A DNA stretch of 64,000 nucleotides from Opitutales bacterium (GCA_038204695.1 JBBRCR010000002.1:1300-65299), one strand, 5' to 3'. Numbered from the stretch's first letter, positions 8,655-19,387 are shown. The notes: generated by a model from the letters alone, not told the origin. Made by a program: numbers and translations.

Positions 8655-10082
8655 TCAGTCGCGGTAGTTCAATGCCGGTGCCCGGTCTCCGACCAGCGCC
8701 CGGTATTTGAAATCCGGACCACGACGCTTCTCGAGTTCGGCATTGGCCTGCATGATCGTCTCCGGTCGCGTAAACAAATCGATCGCCGTGGCGGCCAGCG
8801 TCTTCGCCGCCACGTTCATGCCCTTCAGTCCCATCGAGGTGCCGCCGCAAGCCACGGCCTGCCAGCTGTGGCCGGGAGTGCCCGGCGCCCACGTCGCGGC
8901 ACGCAAGCCGACGGTCGGCACGACCCAGCTCACGTCGCCGACATCGGTCGAACCGCCGCCTTCGCGGGGTGGGATGGGGACAAACGGCGCCACGACCGCC
9001 GCCGTTTCGGGGGCTGGCGCCCGCCCGAAGACCGTCTGACCAATCTTCACGGCAAATGCCTTTTCCGCGTCGTCATATTTCACGCCGCCCACCGCGGAAA
9101 GATTCTCGTGCATCAGCCGCCCCAGGACCTCGTTCGGCAGCAGTTCATAAACGGCCCCCGTCACCTCCCACTCCACCTTGGTGCCGGTGCCGAGAGCCGC
9201 CCCCCGCGCGGCATTTTCCAGCCGTTCCCAAATCTCGGCCAGCACCTGCCGGTTCGGGCTGCGCGCATAATAGTACACCTCGGCGAACGCCGGCACCACG
9301 TTGGGCGCCTCGCCGCCTCGCGTAATGATATAATGGATGCGCGTCGAGTCCGGCACATGCTCGCGCATCATGTTCGCCATGTAATTGAGCGCCTCGACGC
9401 CATCGAGGGCGGACCGGCCGCGTTCGGGTGAGGCCGAGGCGTGCGCCGCCACGCCGGTGAACCGGAATTTCGCCGACTTGTTGGCGAGCGACGGCGCCAT
9501 CTGGATGCCGTTCCGATCCGACGGATGCCAGTGCAGGACGATATCGACATCGTTGAACAGGCCCGCGCGGACCATGTACACCTTGCCCGAACCACCCTCC
9601 TCCGCCGGCGTGCCGTACAAACGAATCGTGCCGCGCTGACCGGTGGCCTTCATCCAATCCTTCACTGCGACCGCGGCCTGCGCGGAGCCGGCACCAAACA
9701 AATGGTGGCCGCACGCGTGACCGGCATTCACCCCGGCGCGCGCCTTCTTTTCCGGCACCGCCTCCTGCGAAACGCCCGGCAGCGCATCGTACTCGGCCAG
9801 GATCGCCACGATTGGCCGGCCTTTCCCGTAGCTGGCGACAAACGCAGTCGGAATGCCCGCGACGCCGGGCTCCACGGCAAAGCCCTCGGAGCGGAGTTGC
9901 TCCTGGAGCAGCGCCGAACTGCGCGTTTCCTTGTAGCCAATTTCTGCATACGACCAGATCTTCATCGCGATCTCTTCGTAGGCGGCCTTGGTGGCATCGA
10001 TCCGCCGGAGCACCTCCGGTTTCGTCGTTTGAGCGCCGAGCGGCGCCAGGGCGATGAGCAGAAGGGCAAGAAAGCGTTGCAT
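8655..10082 (-). CDS. Secreted M20 amidohydrolase (AbgB-like)
   Basis: AEYDALPG, GHACGHHLFG, GTPAEEGGSGK, GGSTDVGDVSW and PGHSWQ; signal peptide MQRFLALLLIALAPLGA. Confidence 0.88.
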   Translation of the reverse strand: MQRFLALLLIALAPLGAQTTKPEVLRRIDATKAAYEEIAMKIWSYAEIGYKETRSSALLQEQLRSEGFAVEPGVAGIPTAFVASYGKGRPIVAILAEYDALPGVSQEAVPEKKARAGVNAGHACGHHLFGAGSAQAAVAVKDWMKATGQRGTIRLYGTPAEEGGSGKVYMVRAGLFNDVDIVLHWHPSDRNGIQMAPSLANKSAKFRFTGVAAHASASPERGRSALDGVEALNYMANMMREHVPDSTRIHYIITRGGEAPNVVPAFAEVYYYARSPNRQVLAEIWERLENAARGAALGTGTKVEWEVTGAVYELLPNEVLGRLMHENLSAVGGVKYDDAEKAFAVKIGQTVFGRAPAPETAAVVAPFVPIPPREGGGSTDVGDVSWVVPTVGLRAATWAPGTPGHSWQAVACGGTSMGLKGMNVAAKTLAATAIDLFTRPETIMQANAELEKRRGPDFKYRALVGDRAPALNYRD

Positions 10083-10153
10083 GCGAGGGTGCTGAACTGA
10101 AAGCCGGACTGGACTCCAGCGCAAGGCCGGGGGATGGAGGATCGAATGCAGTC

Positions 10154-10178
10154 TCCACTCGCTGGCGCTCGCCGCCAC
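10154..10178. repeat. Single arm of an REP-like element
   Basis: TCCACTCGCTGGCGCTCGCCGCCAC closely matches the right arm of the palindrome at 48592-48649. Confidence 0.55.
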
Positions 10179-10198
10179 TGATCGGGCGGCGCTGCGCG

Positions 10199-11932
10199 TC
10201 AATAGCCCACGGCGGCATTCGTCCGCCGCGGATCGGCATAGCCGGTCTTCGTGCCATTGCGGTTGATCTCAACCGCGTTGATGCCACCGAAATGCCGGCC
10301 AGTGCCGGCGGGTTCGAAGAGCACCACCTTCCATCCGAGTTTCTGCAAAGCTTCTGCCTCCGCATGCGGCAGCGACTGTTCGGCTTCAAATGCCTCCGTT
10401 TCGTCGCGGCGAAAAGGCGAATAGTAGTGCACCCGCGTATCGCCGATCGCGTCCGCCAGCGGACGATTGAGCACGAGTCGATCCAGCAGCACCTGCAACA
10501 ATGCGGTCGGAATCCGTGATGCGCCGGGAATGCCAATCGCGAAGATCGCCTGGCCATCGCGCAATACGATCGTGGGCGCAATCGTACTCCGGGAGCGCCG
10601 GCCTGGCGTGAGGTAGTTCATGCTGGTGGAGTCGCTAAAGCTGAAGTTGCTCATCGAATCGTTCATCACGACGCCCGTACCGGGTGGCACCACGCCCGCG
10701 CCGAAATGCAGGCTCTGGGATTGCGTCGCGCACACGATGTTGCCCTCGCGATCGACCACGATGAAGTGCGTCGTCGCCGCCATCTCGCTTTCGTAAAACG
10801 GCGATTCGTCCGCGGCGGGTGCGCGGTCGGCGTTCCCTGCGGGCAGCCGGAACCCGGGCGCGAGTTGCGCAGACTTGCGCTTTTTTTCCGGCGCGCTGAA
10901 CGCCGAGCTCCGAATCTCCGCGATGGACTCGGGGGAGAGGAGCTTTTCGAACAGAAAACGCGACTCCGGCGCGTCCGCGATTGTTCGGCCAACGTGCGGC
11001 ACGACAACGCGCCAGACGCGGCCGATCCGATCGAGGTTCGCCGCCGTTCGGAGCGGGCCGCCGCCAAACGACTCCGACTCGAGTGCTTTCAAGATTGGCA
11101 GGAACAGCGCGGCGCCGCTTGCCGGTGGCGGCGCGCACACGAGGGTGTAACCGCGGAACGTCGTCTCGATCGGTTCCGTAATCCGCGCCTCGTACCGCGC
11201 GAAATCCTCGAGCGTCAGGCTCCCGCCGCCTTTCCGGGACGCGGCGACGATCGCCTCGGCCGTGGCGCCGCGATAGAATCCGTGGCGCCCCTCCTGGGCA
11301 TAACGCTCCATCGTCCGCGCCAGATCCTCATTGGCGAGCAGCGCCCCCGCCGCGGGCAGCTTCCCGTCGGGAAGATACAAGCGTGCGATTTCCGAATCGC
11401 CCCGCCGCAGTTTTTTTTCCTGCTCGGCAAAAAAATCGCGGCTCTTCGGCAATACCCGGAACCCGGCGCGGGCCAGCGCGATCGCCGGCTGCACCGTATC
11501 CGCCCATTTGCTACGCCCCCAGCGCTGGTGCGCGGTCCACAAGCCGGCCCCCAGGCCGGGGACACACACGGAGCCGTAACCATAACTCCGGTCCTCTTCG
11601 GGCCGCTTGAGATACGCCAGCACGTCCACCGATCCCGCCGCATCCATGCCATCAACGGCGTACGTCTTGCCACTCTTCGCCTCGAAATAGAGCAGCATCA
11701 ACTTGCCGCCCAGACCGGAGCCGTAGGGTTCCGCCACGCCGAGAGCGAGGGAGGTTGCGACCGCCGCATCGATGGCATTTCCCCCCGCCTTGAGGACCGC
11801 CACGCCCGCTTCCGCCGCCTGCGGGTGTGCCGCGACGACCATGCCGTGCGGCGCGGTGACGGGCGGGACGGAAACGGGGACGGCGCGCGCGACAACCGTG
11901 AGGATCGCAAAAACCAGCAGTGAAATGCGCAT
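10199..11932 (-). CDS. ggt: Gamma-glutamyltransferase
   Basis: GGNAIDAAVA, EPYGSGLGG, VCVPG, TTHFIVVD (catalytic Thr), RSRSTIAPTIV and YADPRR. Confidence 0.92.
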   Translation of the reverse strand: MRISLLVFAILTVVARAVPVSVPPVTAPHGMVVAAHPQAAEAGVAVLKAGGNAIDAAVATSLALGVAEPYGSGLGGKLMLLYFEAKSGKTYAVDGMDAAGSVDVLAYLKRPEEDRSYGYGSVCVPGLGAGLWTAHQRWGRSKWADTVQPAIALARAGFRVLPKSRDFFAEQEKKLRRGDSEIARLYLPDGKLPAAGALLANEDLARTMERYAQEGRHGFYRGATAEAIVAASRKGGGSLTLEDFARYEARITEPIETTFRGYTLVCAPPPASGAALFLPILKALESESFGGGPLRTAANLDRIGRVWRVVVPHVGRTIADAPESRFLFEKLLSPESIAEIRSSAFSAPEKKRKSAQLAPGFRLPAGNADRAPAADESPFYESEMAATTHFIVVDREGNIVCATQSQSLHFGAGVVPPGTGVVMNDSMSNFSFSDSTSMNYLTPGRRSRSTIAPTIVLRDGQAIFAIGIPGASRIPTALLQVLLDRLVLNRPLADAIGDTRVHYYSPFRRDETEAFEAEQSLPHAEAEALQKLGWKVVLFEPAGTGRHFGGINAVEINRNGTKTGYADPRRTNAAVGY

Positions 11933-12049
11933 CCGAAAAACGTGCAGGAGACGGGAGCGGATGCGAATCGAAAACCGGGGCCGCGCTCGCCCATGAGCGG
12001 GGCGAGATTAGGCGTGCGACCATGTCCCGGGAGCACTCACCCTCCTTTT

Positions 12050-12835
12050 ATGAATCTCGGGCTCACCGACAAAGCGGTCATCGTATGCGCGTCGAGCGCA
12101 GGGTTGGGCAAGGCGACCGCGCTGGAGTTCGCCCGCGAAGGCGCGCGCGTCATGCTGTGCAGCCGGCGCGAGAGCGAACTGCGGGTCGCCGCCGATGAAA
12201 TCAAAGCCGCGACCGGTAATGAACCGAACTTCACCGTCGCCGACGTCACGAAGCCCGCCGCGATTGGGCAGCTCATCGAGCGCACCGTCGCCGCGTTTGG
12301 CGGCATATTCGCACTGGTGAACAACAGCGGCGGTCCTCCGGCCGGCGGCTTCGAGCAGTTCCACGACGCGGCGTGGCAGGGCGCGTTCGAACTCAACCTG
12401 CTGAGCTATGTGCGCACGATCCGCGCCGCGTTGCCGCACCTGCGACGCTCCCGCGGACGAATCGTGAATTTCACCTCGTCCTCGGTGAAGAGTCCCATCG
12501 AGAACCTCATTCTCTCAAACACGTTTCGTACCGCCGTCGTGGGTCTGACGAAAACCCTGGCGGGCGAACTCGGCCCGGATGGCATCCTCGTGAATGTGCT
12601 CGGGCCGGGCCGAATCCAGACCGCCCGGCTGGGTGAGCTCGAGCAAATGAGGGCGGAGAAAACGGGCGTCACCATCGAGGACGTGCGGCGTGATGCGCTC
12701 AAGACGGTCCCGCTGGGCCGGTATGGAATGCCGGAGGAGTTTGCGAAAATCGCGGTGTTTCTCGGTTCACCGGCGAACAGCTACATCACCGGCCAGACGC
12801 TGCTCGTCGACGGAGGTTTGGCGAAGGCGTATTGA
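12050..12835 (+). CDS. Short-chain dehydrogenase/reductase
   Basis: ASSAGLG, LVNNSGGPP, VNVLGPGRIQT, VPLGRYG and YITGQTLLVDGG. Confidence 0.9.
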   Translation: MNLGLTDKAVIVCASSAGLGKATALEFAREGARVMLCSRRESELRVAADEIKAATGNEPNFTVADVTKPAAIGQLIERTVAAFGGIFALVNNSGGPPAGGFEQFHDAAWQGAFELNLLSYVRTIRAALPHLRRSRGRIVNFTSSSVKSPIENLILSNTFRTAVVGLTKTLAGELGPDGILVNVLGPGRIQTARLGELEQMRAEKTGVTIEDVRRDALKTVPLGRYGMPEEFAKIAVFLGSPANSYITGQTLLVDGGLAKAY

Positions 12836-12886
12836 CGAAATGAATGCGGGCGGAAGCCTCCCGCCGGCGACCGCGCGGCGGCCACA

Positions 12887-14176
12887 TCACGGCTTCGCCA
12901 CGCCCAGAAAGAAGGTGATCACCAGGGCGTTCGTGAAATCGATCAGGAGCGCGCCGACCAGCGGAATCACGAGGAAGGCGCGCGGCGCCGGACCGAATTT
13001 CTCGACCAGCGATTTCATGTTCGCCACGGCATTCGGCGTTGCGCCCAACCCAAAGCCGCAGTGGCCGCCGGCCATTACCGCCGACTCGTAGTCGCGTCCC
13101 ATGAACGCAAAGGTGACGTACACCGCGAACAGCGCCATCAGCACGACCTGCCCGCCGAGGATCACCAGCATCGGCAGCGCGGCGTGCGCCAGTTCGATCA
13201 GGTTCAAGCTCATCATCGCCACCGCGAGGAACACCCCGAGAGAGATCGACGCGATGACATCGACCATGTCGCTGCGGATCCAGCGCCGGCCGGAGAGATC
13301 GACGGCGTTGCGCACCAAAACCCCGGTGATCATCGCGCCAATCTGCGCGGAGAACTGCATCCCCGTTCCCCGGACCAAAAAATAACTCATCCACGCGCCC
13401 ATCTTCACGCAGGCGAGCACCAGCAAGAGATGCACCAGCACGGGCCGGCCGAGCCGCCCCGCGCGACGGAAATCCTGGATGACGCCCGTGCCTTCATGGG
13501 CGACCCGCGCATCCGGGATCACGGTGGGGCCGGCGGGGGCAGCCCGCAGTCGGCCGCGCTGGATCAGCCATCCGCCGACCGGTCCGCCCAGGAGCCCGCC
13601 GGCCACGAGCCCCACCGTCGCGGCCGCCGCGCCCAGCACGGCGGCGTTTGCGAGTCCAAGCTTTTCGAATACATCGGCGAAGCCCAGGGCCGTGCCGTGA
13701 CCGCCGGTCATCGTGGCGCTGCCGCAGACGATGCCGAGGAGCGGATTGACGCCGAGCAGTCGCGCGAGGGCGATGCCGAGACCACTCTGGAGCGCGGCCA
13801 GCACGGTCGCCAGCACCAGGAAAACAACGACCTGCACGCTGCCGCGGCGAACGACCAGCCACGTGGCGTTCAAGCCGACGCAGGTGAAAAAGGCCGCCAT
13901 CATCGGGAAGCTCACGCTCCTTGCGGGGGACTTCGCCCATTCCGGTTCGATCGTCACCAGCCATGTCCACCAGGGATCCGTCACATTGGTGGTGAACCGA
14001 ATGCCACCCGATCCGACCACGTTCGCCAGCAGCACCAGCAGTGAAATGAGCAGTCCGCCGACCACCGGCGCCGGAATGTTGAACCGGTTGAGCAACGGGA
14101 TGCGCCGCACGAGCCACTCCCCGAGGAAGAGCACCGGCACGGCGAGGAACAAGGGCAGCCAGGGCGAAATCGTCAT
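12887..14176 (-). CDS. gltS: Sodium/glutamate symporter
   Basis: IPAPVVGG, GSATMTGGHGT and GFGLGATPNAVANM; many transmembrane helices. Confidence 0.9.
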   Translation of the reverse strand: MTISPWLPLFLAVPVLFLGEWLVRRIPLLNRFNIPAPVVGGLLISLLVLLANVVGSGGIRFTTNVTDPWWTWLVTIEPEWAKSPARSVSFPMMAAFFTCVGLNATWLVVRRGSVQVVVFLVLATVLAALQSGLGIALARLLGVNPLLGIVCGSATMTGGHGTALGFADVFEKLGLANAAVLGAAAATVGLVAGGLLGGPVGGWLIQRGRLRAAPAGPTVIPDARVAHEGTGVIQDFRRAGRLGRPVLVHLLLVLACVKMGAWMSYFLVRGTGMQFSAQIGAMITGVLVRNAVDLSGRRWIRSDMVDVIASISLGVFLAVAMMSLNLIELAHAALPMLVILGGQVVLMALFAVYVTFAFMGRDYESAVMAGGHCGFGLGATPNAVANMKSLVEKFGPAPRAFLVIPLVGALLIDFTNALVITFFLGVAKP

Positions 14177-14441
14177 GCGAGCGGATCAGGTGGCGCGAGC
14201 GGCGCCCCTGGGCGGGCGCACGCTCCGGCGGCAGCGAAGCATAACGCCAGGTACAACCGGGTAATGGAGCCACACATCACAGGGGAAAAGGCACCGGGAG
14301 GCATGTCATGGGGAATTTCCGCGCGACGGCCAGCCTCGAATTCACCGCCCAGTCGAGCTCGCGTCACGCAACGGGCAGGGAATTCCTGGGTTGTTTAATT
14401 TGCCGGCTCCGCTCTGAATCCGCCGCTCATCCGTTACGCGC

Positions 14442-15500
14442 ATGAAGAACATCAAGGTCATTCAATTCGGCCTCGGGCCGATCGGACTCGAATCGCTGAA
14501 GCTGGCGGCCGAACAGTCGTGGCTCGAAATCACCGGAGGCGTTGACATCGATCCGGCGAAGGCCGGCAAGACGCTCGCCGACCTCACAGGAGTCGCGAGC
14601 CTGGCCCGGGCAAGAATATTTCCGTCACTCGAGGCGCTCTTCGCCGCGATGGGCGTGCCCGATGTGGTGCTCCACACGGCCGGCTCGAGTGCAGCGGCCT
14701 CGTTCGTGCAGATGAAACCGGCGCTGGAACGTGGGGTGAGCGTCGCATCCACCTGCGAAGAGCTCATCTTCCCCGCGCTGAAAACACCGCAGCTGGCGGC
14801 CGAATATGACGCGCTTTGCCAGCGGACTGGCGCCCGCGTCGCCGGCATCGGTGTGAATCCCGGGTTCGTCATGGACCTGCTCCCCATTTGCCTCACGGGA
14901 GTGAGTCGCGAGGTGCGCTCAATCTACGTGGAACGCGTGGTCAACGCCTCGACGCGACGGCAGCCGCTCCAGGCGAAAATCGGCAGCGGTCAGAATCCGG
15001 CTGATTTCCGCGCGAAGTTTGCGGCCGGCAAAGCCGGTCACGCCGGTTTTCAGCAGTCGGCCGCGCTGCTCGCCCACGCCATGGGCTGGAAGCTCGACGA
15101 AATCCGGGAGAGCTGCGAACCCGTCGTCGCGACGAGCCGTGTGCTGACGAAATTCTTCGATGTGTCGCCGGGCCAGAGCGTGGGCATTCATCAAAAGTGC
15201 GTCGGCCTCGCCGAGGGCGAGACCAGGATCACGCTCGACCTCCAGATGTACCTGGATGCGCCACTCCCGCACGATGCGATCGTGGTGAAAGGCCGTCCTG
15301 AACTGAATCTCGTCCTTAATGGCGGAGTCGCGGGAGACGACGCCACGGTGGCCTCGCTGATCAATATCATCCCGCGGCTGCTCTCGGCGGCGCCGGGCAT
15401 CCGCTTAATCACCGAACTGCCGGTGCCGTCGTGGCAAAACCCGCAGGGGCGAGCCGAGAGCGGCGTCAACGCACGAACAGTCTCGTCGGCGACGGCGTGA
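14442..15500 (+). CDS. NAD(P)-dependent dehydrogenase, DapB-like / 2,4-diaminopentanoate dehydrogenase-like
   Basis: Rossmann FGLGPIG, then STCEEL, GVNPGFVMD, QAKIGSG and GGVAGDDAT. Confidence 0.75.
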   Translation: MKNIKVIQFGLGPIGLESLKLAAEQSWLEITGGVDIDPAKAGKTLADLTGVASLARARIFPSLEALFAAMGVPDVVLHTAGSSAAASFVQMKPALERGVSVASTCEELIFPALKTPQLAAEYDALCQRTGARVAGIGVNPGFVMDLLPICLTGVSREVRSIYVERVVNASTRRQPLQAKIGSGQNPADFRAKFAAGKAGHAGFQQSAALLAHAMGWKLDEIRESCEPVVATSRVLTKFFDVSPGQSVGIHQKCVGLAEGETRITLDLQMYLDAPLPHDAIVVKGRPELNLVLNGGVAGDDATVASLINIIPRLLSAAPGIRLITELPVPSWQNPQGRAESGVNARTVSSATA

Positions 15501-15567
15501 TTTGCCAAGGTCCGCCTTTGACGCCGCTTCGCGTCCCGTCGTGAAGCGGCTCTTTCGTTTGCCACTC

Positions 15568-18366
15568 ATGAAATCGCTGCTGCTGCCACTTGTCGCGTTG
15601 GTCGTTGCGTTTGCCCCCGCTGGTGCCGCGGAGGCGAGAGTCACATCGCCGAAGGAACATTTCGGCTTCCACATCGGCGACGATTACCAGCTCGCCACCT
15701 ACACACAGACGGAGGCGTATTTCAAAAAACTCGCGGCCGAATCGGATCGCGTGCGGCTCGTGGACATGGGGCAGACGGAGGAGAATCGCACGCAGTGGAT
15801 GCTCGTCATCACGGCGCCGGAAAACTCGAGTTCCCTGGATCGATACAAGGCGATCGCGCAAAAGCTCGCGCGGGCCGAGGGAGTGACGGACGAGCAGGCG
15901 AAGGCGCTCGCGAGCGAGGGCAAAGCGGTGGTGTGGATCGATGGCGGTTTGCACGCGAGCGAGACGGTTGGCACCCACCAGCTGATCGAAACAGCCTGGC
16001 AACTCGCGAGCGCCACCGATCCAGAGATGCTGCGGATCCTCAAAGATGTGATCGTGCTCTGTGCGCATGCCAATCCGGACGGACAGGAGCTCGTCAGCAA
16101 CTGGTACCTGCGCGAATCCGACCCCTCGAAGCGATCGACCAGCTTCCTGCCGCGGCTATATCAAAAATACATTGGTCACGACAACAACCGGGATTTCCAC
16201 CTCTCCGCGATGAAGGAGAGCACGAACATCAACCGGCAACTGTACCTCGAATGGTTTCCGCAGGTCGTCTACAATCACCATCAATCGGGACCGGCGGGAA
16301 CGATCATCTTCGTGCCCCCGTTCCGCGATCCCTTTAACTACAATTTCGACCCAATGGTCGTCGTTGGCGTCGAGGCGCTGGGCAATGTGATCCAGCAGCG
16401 TTTTCTGGAGGAGGCGAAACCGGGGGCCACCTCGCGCAGTGGCGCCAATTATTCCACCTGGTGGAACGGCGGTCTGCGCACCACGGCATATTTTCACAAT
16501 ATGATCGGTTTGCTGACGGAGATTGTGGGCAGCCCGACCCCCATGCGAATTCCGCTGGTGGCCAAGCGCCAGCTGCCGTCCAACGATCTCACCGCCCCGG
16601 TCGCGCCGCAGCTGTGGCACTACCGGCAGTCGATCGATTATTCAGTCAGTGCCAACCGTGCCGTGCTGGACTATGCTTCGCGGAATCGCGATCGGCTCCT
16701 GTACAATATATATCAGATGGGCCGCAACTCGATCGAGCGGGGCAGCCGCGATCATTGGACACCGCGCCCGGGCCGGATCGCGGAAATCATCAAGGTGGCC
16801 GCCGCGGATCGCACGGGCGCGGAGCCGGATGAATCGACCGAGACGGCGGAACCGTCATCGACCAAAGGCCCCCCCCGGCTCGCCACGAAATACTACGAGC
16901 TTTTGCGCAAGCCGGAGTGGCGCGATGCGCGCGGCTACATCGTGCCGGCGAATCAGCCTGATTTCCCCACCGCGGTCGCGTTTATCAATACGCTGGTCAA
17001 AAACGGCATCGCCGTGCATCGGTCGGCCGGCGACTTCACCGTGGGAGGCAAGCAGTATCCGGCCGGCTCATACGTAGTGAAAACCGCGCAGGCCTTCCGG
17101 CCACACGTCCTCGACATGTTCGAGCCGCAGGATCACCCCAACGATTTTGCGTACGAGGGTGGGCCGCCGAACAAGCCCTACGACGTGGCGGGCTGGACGC
17201 TGGCCTTCCAGATGGGCGTGCAGTTCGACCGCGTGCTGGAGGCTTTCGACGGTCCATTCGAACGCGTGCCGTACGGCGAGTTGCAGTTCCCCCCCCGGGG
17301 TGGCGTCAGCGGTCAGGGCGCCGGCTTTGTGATTAGCCACCGCGTGAACAATGCCTTCGTCCTCGTGAATCGCCTGCTCAAACGGGGCGCGGAGGTGTAC
17401 TGGTTGAAACACGTTCCGTCGGACGCGCCCGCGATGGGGCTGGGCGCCATCTATGTTCCGGATCAACCCGCGGCGCGCCGGATCGTTGAAACTTCCGCCG
17501 CGGAACTTGGACTGAGCGCGCAAGCCATCGCCGCACCTGCCCCGATTGATTTGATCAAGCTGAACCCGGTGCGCATCGCGCTGTGGGATCGCTACGGTGG
17601 CTCGATGCCATCGGGATGGACACGCTGGGTGCTCGAGCAATTCGAATTTCCGTTTGTGCAAATTTACGCGCCTGAGATCGACGCCGGAAACCTGCCGCAG
17701 AAATACGACGTGATTGTTTTCGTCAGCGGTGCGATTCCCGCACTGGGAGCGCGGCCGGCCGCGGTGACACGGCCCAGGAATTTGCCTCCGGAATACGAGC
17801 CGCAAATCGGGCGGATCTCGCCGGAGAAATCGGTCCCTCCGCTGAAGGAGTTCCTGGAAGCGGGCGGCACGATCGTGACGATCGGCTCATCGACCAATCT
17901 CGCGTACCACCTTGGTTTGCCGATTCAAAGTGCGCTGGCCGAGCGAGCCGCCGACGGAAAAATGAAGAATTGGCCCGACGAGAAATTCTATGTTCCCGGC
18001 AGCATTCTCGAGGCGAGGGTCGAGGCGACGGATCCGCTCGCCTGGGGAATGGCGCAACGCGCCGATTTTTATTTCGAGAAAAGCGCCGCCTTCCTGCGTC
18101 CGCCCAACGGCCCTGCCGATGGGATCAGGGCCGTGGCATGGTTCGATTCGGAGCAGCCGCTGCGCAGTGGCTGGGCATGGGGCCAACATTATTTGAAGGA
18201 TGCTTTGGCGGTGGCGACGGTCAACGTGGGTGCGGGCAGGCTTCATCTGTTCGGCAGCGAGGTCGCTTTTCGCGCGCAACCACACGGTACGTTCAAGCTC
18301 CTTTTCAATGCGCTGCATCTCGCCGGCGCGAAACCCGCAGCGGCTGCCGCCGCAGCGCAGGAGTAA
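15568..18366 (+). CDS. Secreted M14 zinc carboxypeptidase-like protein
   Basis: GLHASE (HxxE), ANPDG, HDNNRD and YNHHQ; signal peptide MKSLLLPLVALVVAFAPAGAAEA. Confidence 0.85.
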   Translation: MKSLLLPLVALVVAFAPAGAAEARVTSPKEHFGFHIGDDYQLATYTQTEAYFKKLAAESDRVRLVDMGQTEENRTQWMLVITAPENSSSLDRYKAIAQKLARAEGVTDEQAKALASEGKAVVWIDGGLHASETVGTHQLIETAWQLASATDPEMLRILKDVIVLCAHANPDGQELVSNWYLRESDPSKRSTSFLPRLYQKYIGHDNNRDFHLSAMKESTNINRQLYLEWFPQVVYNHHQSGPAGTIIFVPPFRDPFNYNFDPMVVVGVEALGNVIQQRFLEEAKPGATSRSGANYSTWWNGGLRTTAYFHNMIGLLTEIVGSPTPMRIPLVAKRQLPSNDLTAPVAPQLWHYRQSIDYSVSANRAVLDYASRNRDRLLYNIYQMGRNSIERGSRDHWTPRPGRIAEIIKVAAADRTGAEPDESTETAEPSSTKGPPRLATKYYELLRKPEWRDARGYIVPANQPDFPTAVAFINTLVKNGIAVHRSAGDFTVGGKQYPAGSYVVKTAQAFRPHVLDMFEPQDHPNDFAYEGGPPNKPYDVAGWTLAFQMGVQFDRVLEAFDGPFERVPYGELQFPPRGGVSGQGAGFVISHRVNNAFVLVNRLLKRGAEVYWLKHVPSDAPAMGLGAIYVPDQPAARRIVETSAAELGLSAQAIAAPAPIDLIKLNPVRIALWDRYGGSMPSGWTRWVLEQFEFPFVQIYAPEIDAGNLPQKYDVIVFVSGAIPALGARPAAVTRPRNLPPEYEPQIGRISPEKSVPPLKEFLEAGGTIVTIGSSTNLAYHLGLPIQSALAERAADGKMKNWPDEKFYVPGSILEARVEATDPLAWGMAQRADFYFEKSAAFLRPPNGPADGIRAVAWFDSEQPLRSGWAWGQHYLKDALAVATVNVGAGRLHLFGSEVAFRAQPHGTFKLLFNALHLAGAKPAAAAAAAQE

Positions 18367-18460
18367 ATCAAACGCCCGATAGAATAATTATTTCGGGCAG
18401 AGCTGGCTCGCCGCCGCGGCCGGCGTTGAGTGGTCGTTCGCTGGCGGGCAAGGATCACAG

Positions 18461-18490
18461 TTGACAACGGCACCGTCATCATGAGCTTTT
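18461..18490 (+). promoter_or_regulatory. Putative sigma70 promoter for the tRNA cluster
   Basis: Perfect TTGACA -35 box 46 nt upstream of tRNA-Lys; the -10 match is weak. Confidence 0.35.
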
Positions 18491-18506
18491 CGACCTCTTG
18501 GTTCTC

Positions 18507-18581
18507 GGCTTCCTAGCTCAATGGTAGAGCAGCTGACTCTTAATCAGTAGGTTCGGGGTTCGAGTCCCCGGGGAGCCACCA
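18507..18581 (+). tRNA. tRNA-Lys (CTT)
   Basis: GGCTTCC...TAGCTCAATGGTAGAGC...CTGACT CTT AATCAG...GGTTCGAGTCC...GGGAGCCA CCA cloverleaf. Confidence 0.96.
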
Positions 18582-18722
18582 ATCAGCGCTCCCTGAGCCC
18601 AGATTGGCGGAGAACCAAACTGTTGTTTGAGTAGTTCCCATTGCAGGGCGACGGTTGCCGTAGCTCTTCATTCAGCCCGTTTTTTCCCAGTTAATTTTTC
18701 GGCAGGCGCAGCGCTTTTCTTC

Positions 18723-18797
18723 GCCGGCGTAGCTCAATGGTAGAGCACCTGTTTTGTAAACAGGCGGTTGCGGGTTCGAATCCCATCGCCGGCTCCA
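18723..18797 (+). tRNA. tRNA-Thr (TGT)
   Basis: GCCGGCG...CCTGTTT TGT AAACAGG...GGTTCGAATCCC...CGCCGGCT CCA. Confidence 0.96.
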
Positions 18798-18891
18798 TGC
18801 TCCCCTTTTCGCTCGCGTCGGAATACCGGCGCGACGTTCAGCGGAGATTGGTCACGGCGTCGCCCAACGGCTCCCTGCGGATCCTTTTCAA

Positions 18892-18965
18892 TGCCCGATA
18901 GTGTAATGGTAGCACAACGGATTCTGACTCCGTTTGTCTAGGTTCGAGTCCTAGTCGGGCAGCCA
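18892..18965 (+). tRNA. tRNA-Gln (CTG)
   Basis: TGCCCGA...ACGGATT CTG ACTCCGT...GGTTCGAGTCCTAG TCGGGCAG CCA. Confidence 0.96.
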
Positions 18966-19387
18966 AAATCGGCGGCGAAAGTACGCGGCCTTATCTGTTA
19001 TTGCGATGTCCGAATAGCTTGGATCTCGGAGCTGGTCGGAGGCCCATTCTCCGTCGCGAAAGTTGCAATAACGAAATTCCGGCGCACTTATCAAAGTAAG
19101 TTTGACAGGCAACTTTTGATGACCCGTAGTTCGCGATCTCTCTAATATTTCATCACGCTTTCACCTCAGCGACATGCTGAAAATCACAGCTTCCCCGCAT
19201 AAGGACGGATACCGGATTCCAAAGGTTTCTCACTTTCGAGGAGACTTTTCAAAGGGCAGGCCGGTCAATTGGTTCGCGTTGCAAGATTAAGACTCCTGCG
19301 CATCTCTCGCACCGGGCTATCGCTCCGAGGTCTCTGTCCCCATTTGCCCCCTTTCTTAAGCATCAAATCCCCCCCTGACTTTCTCCT

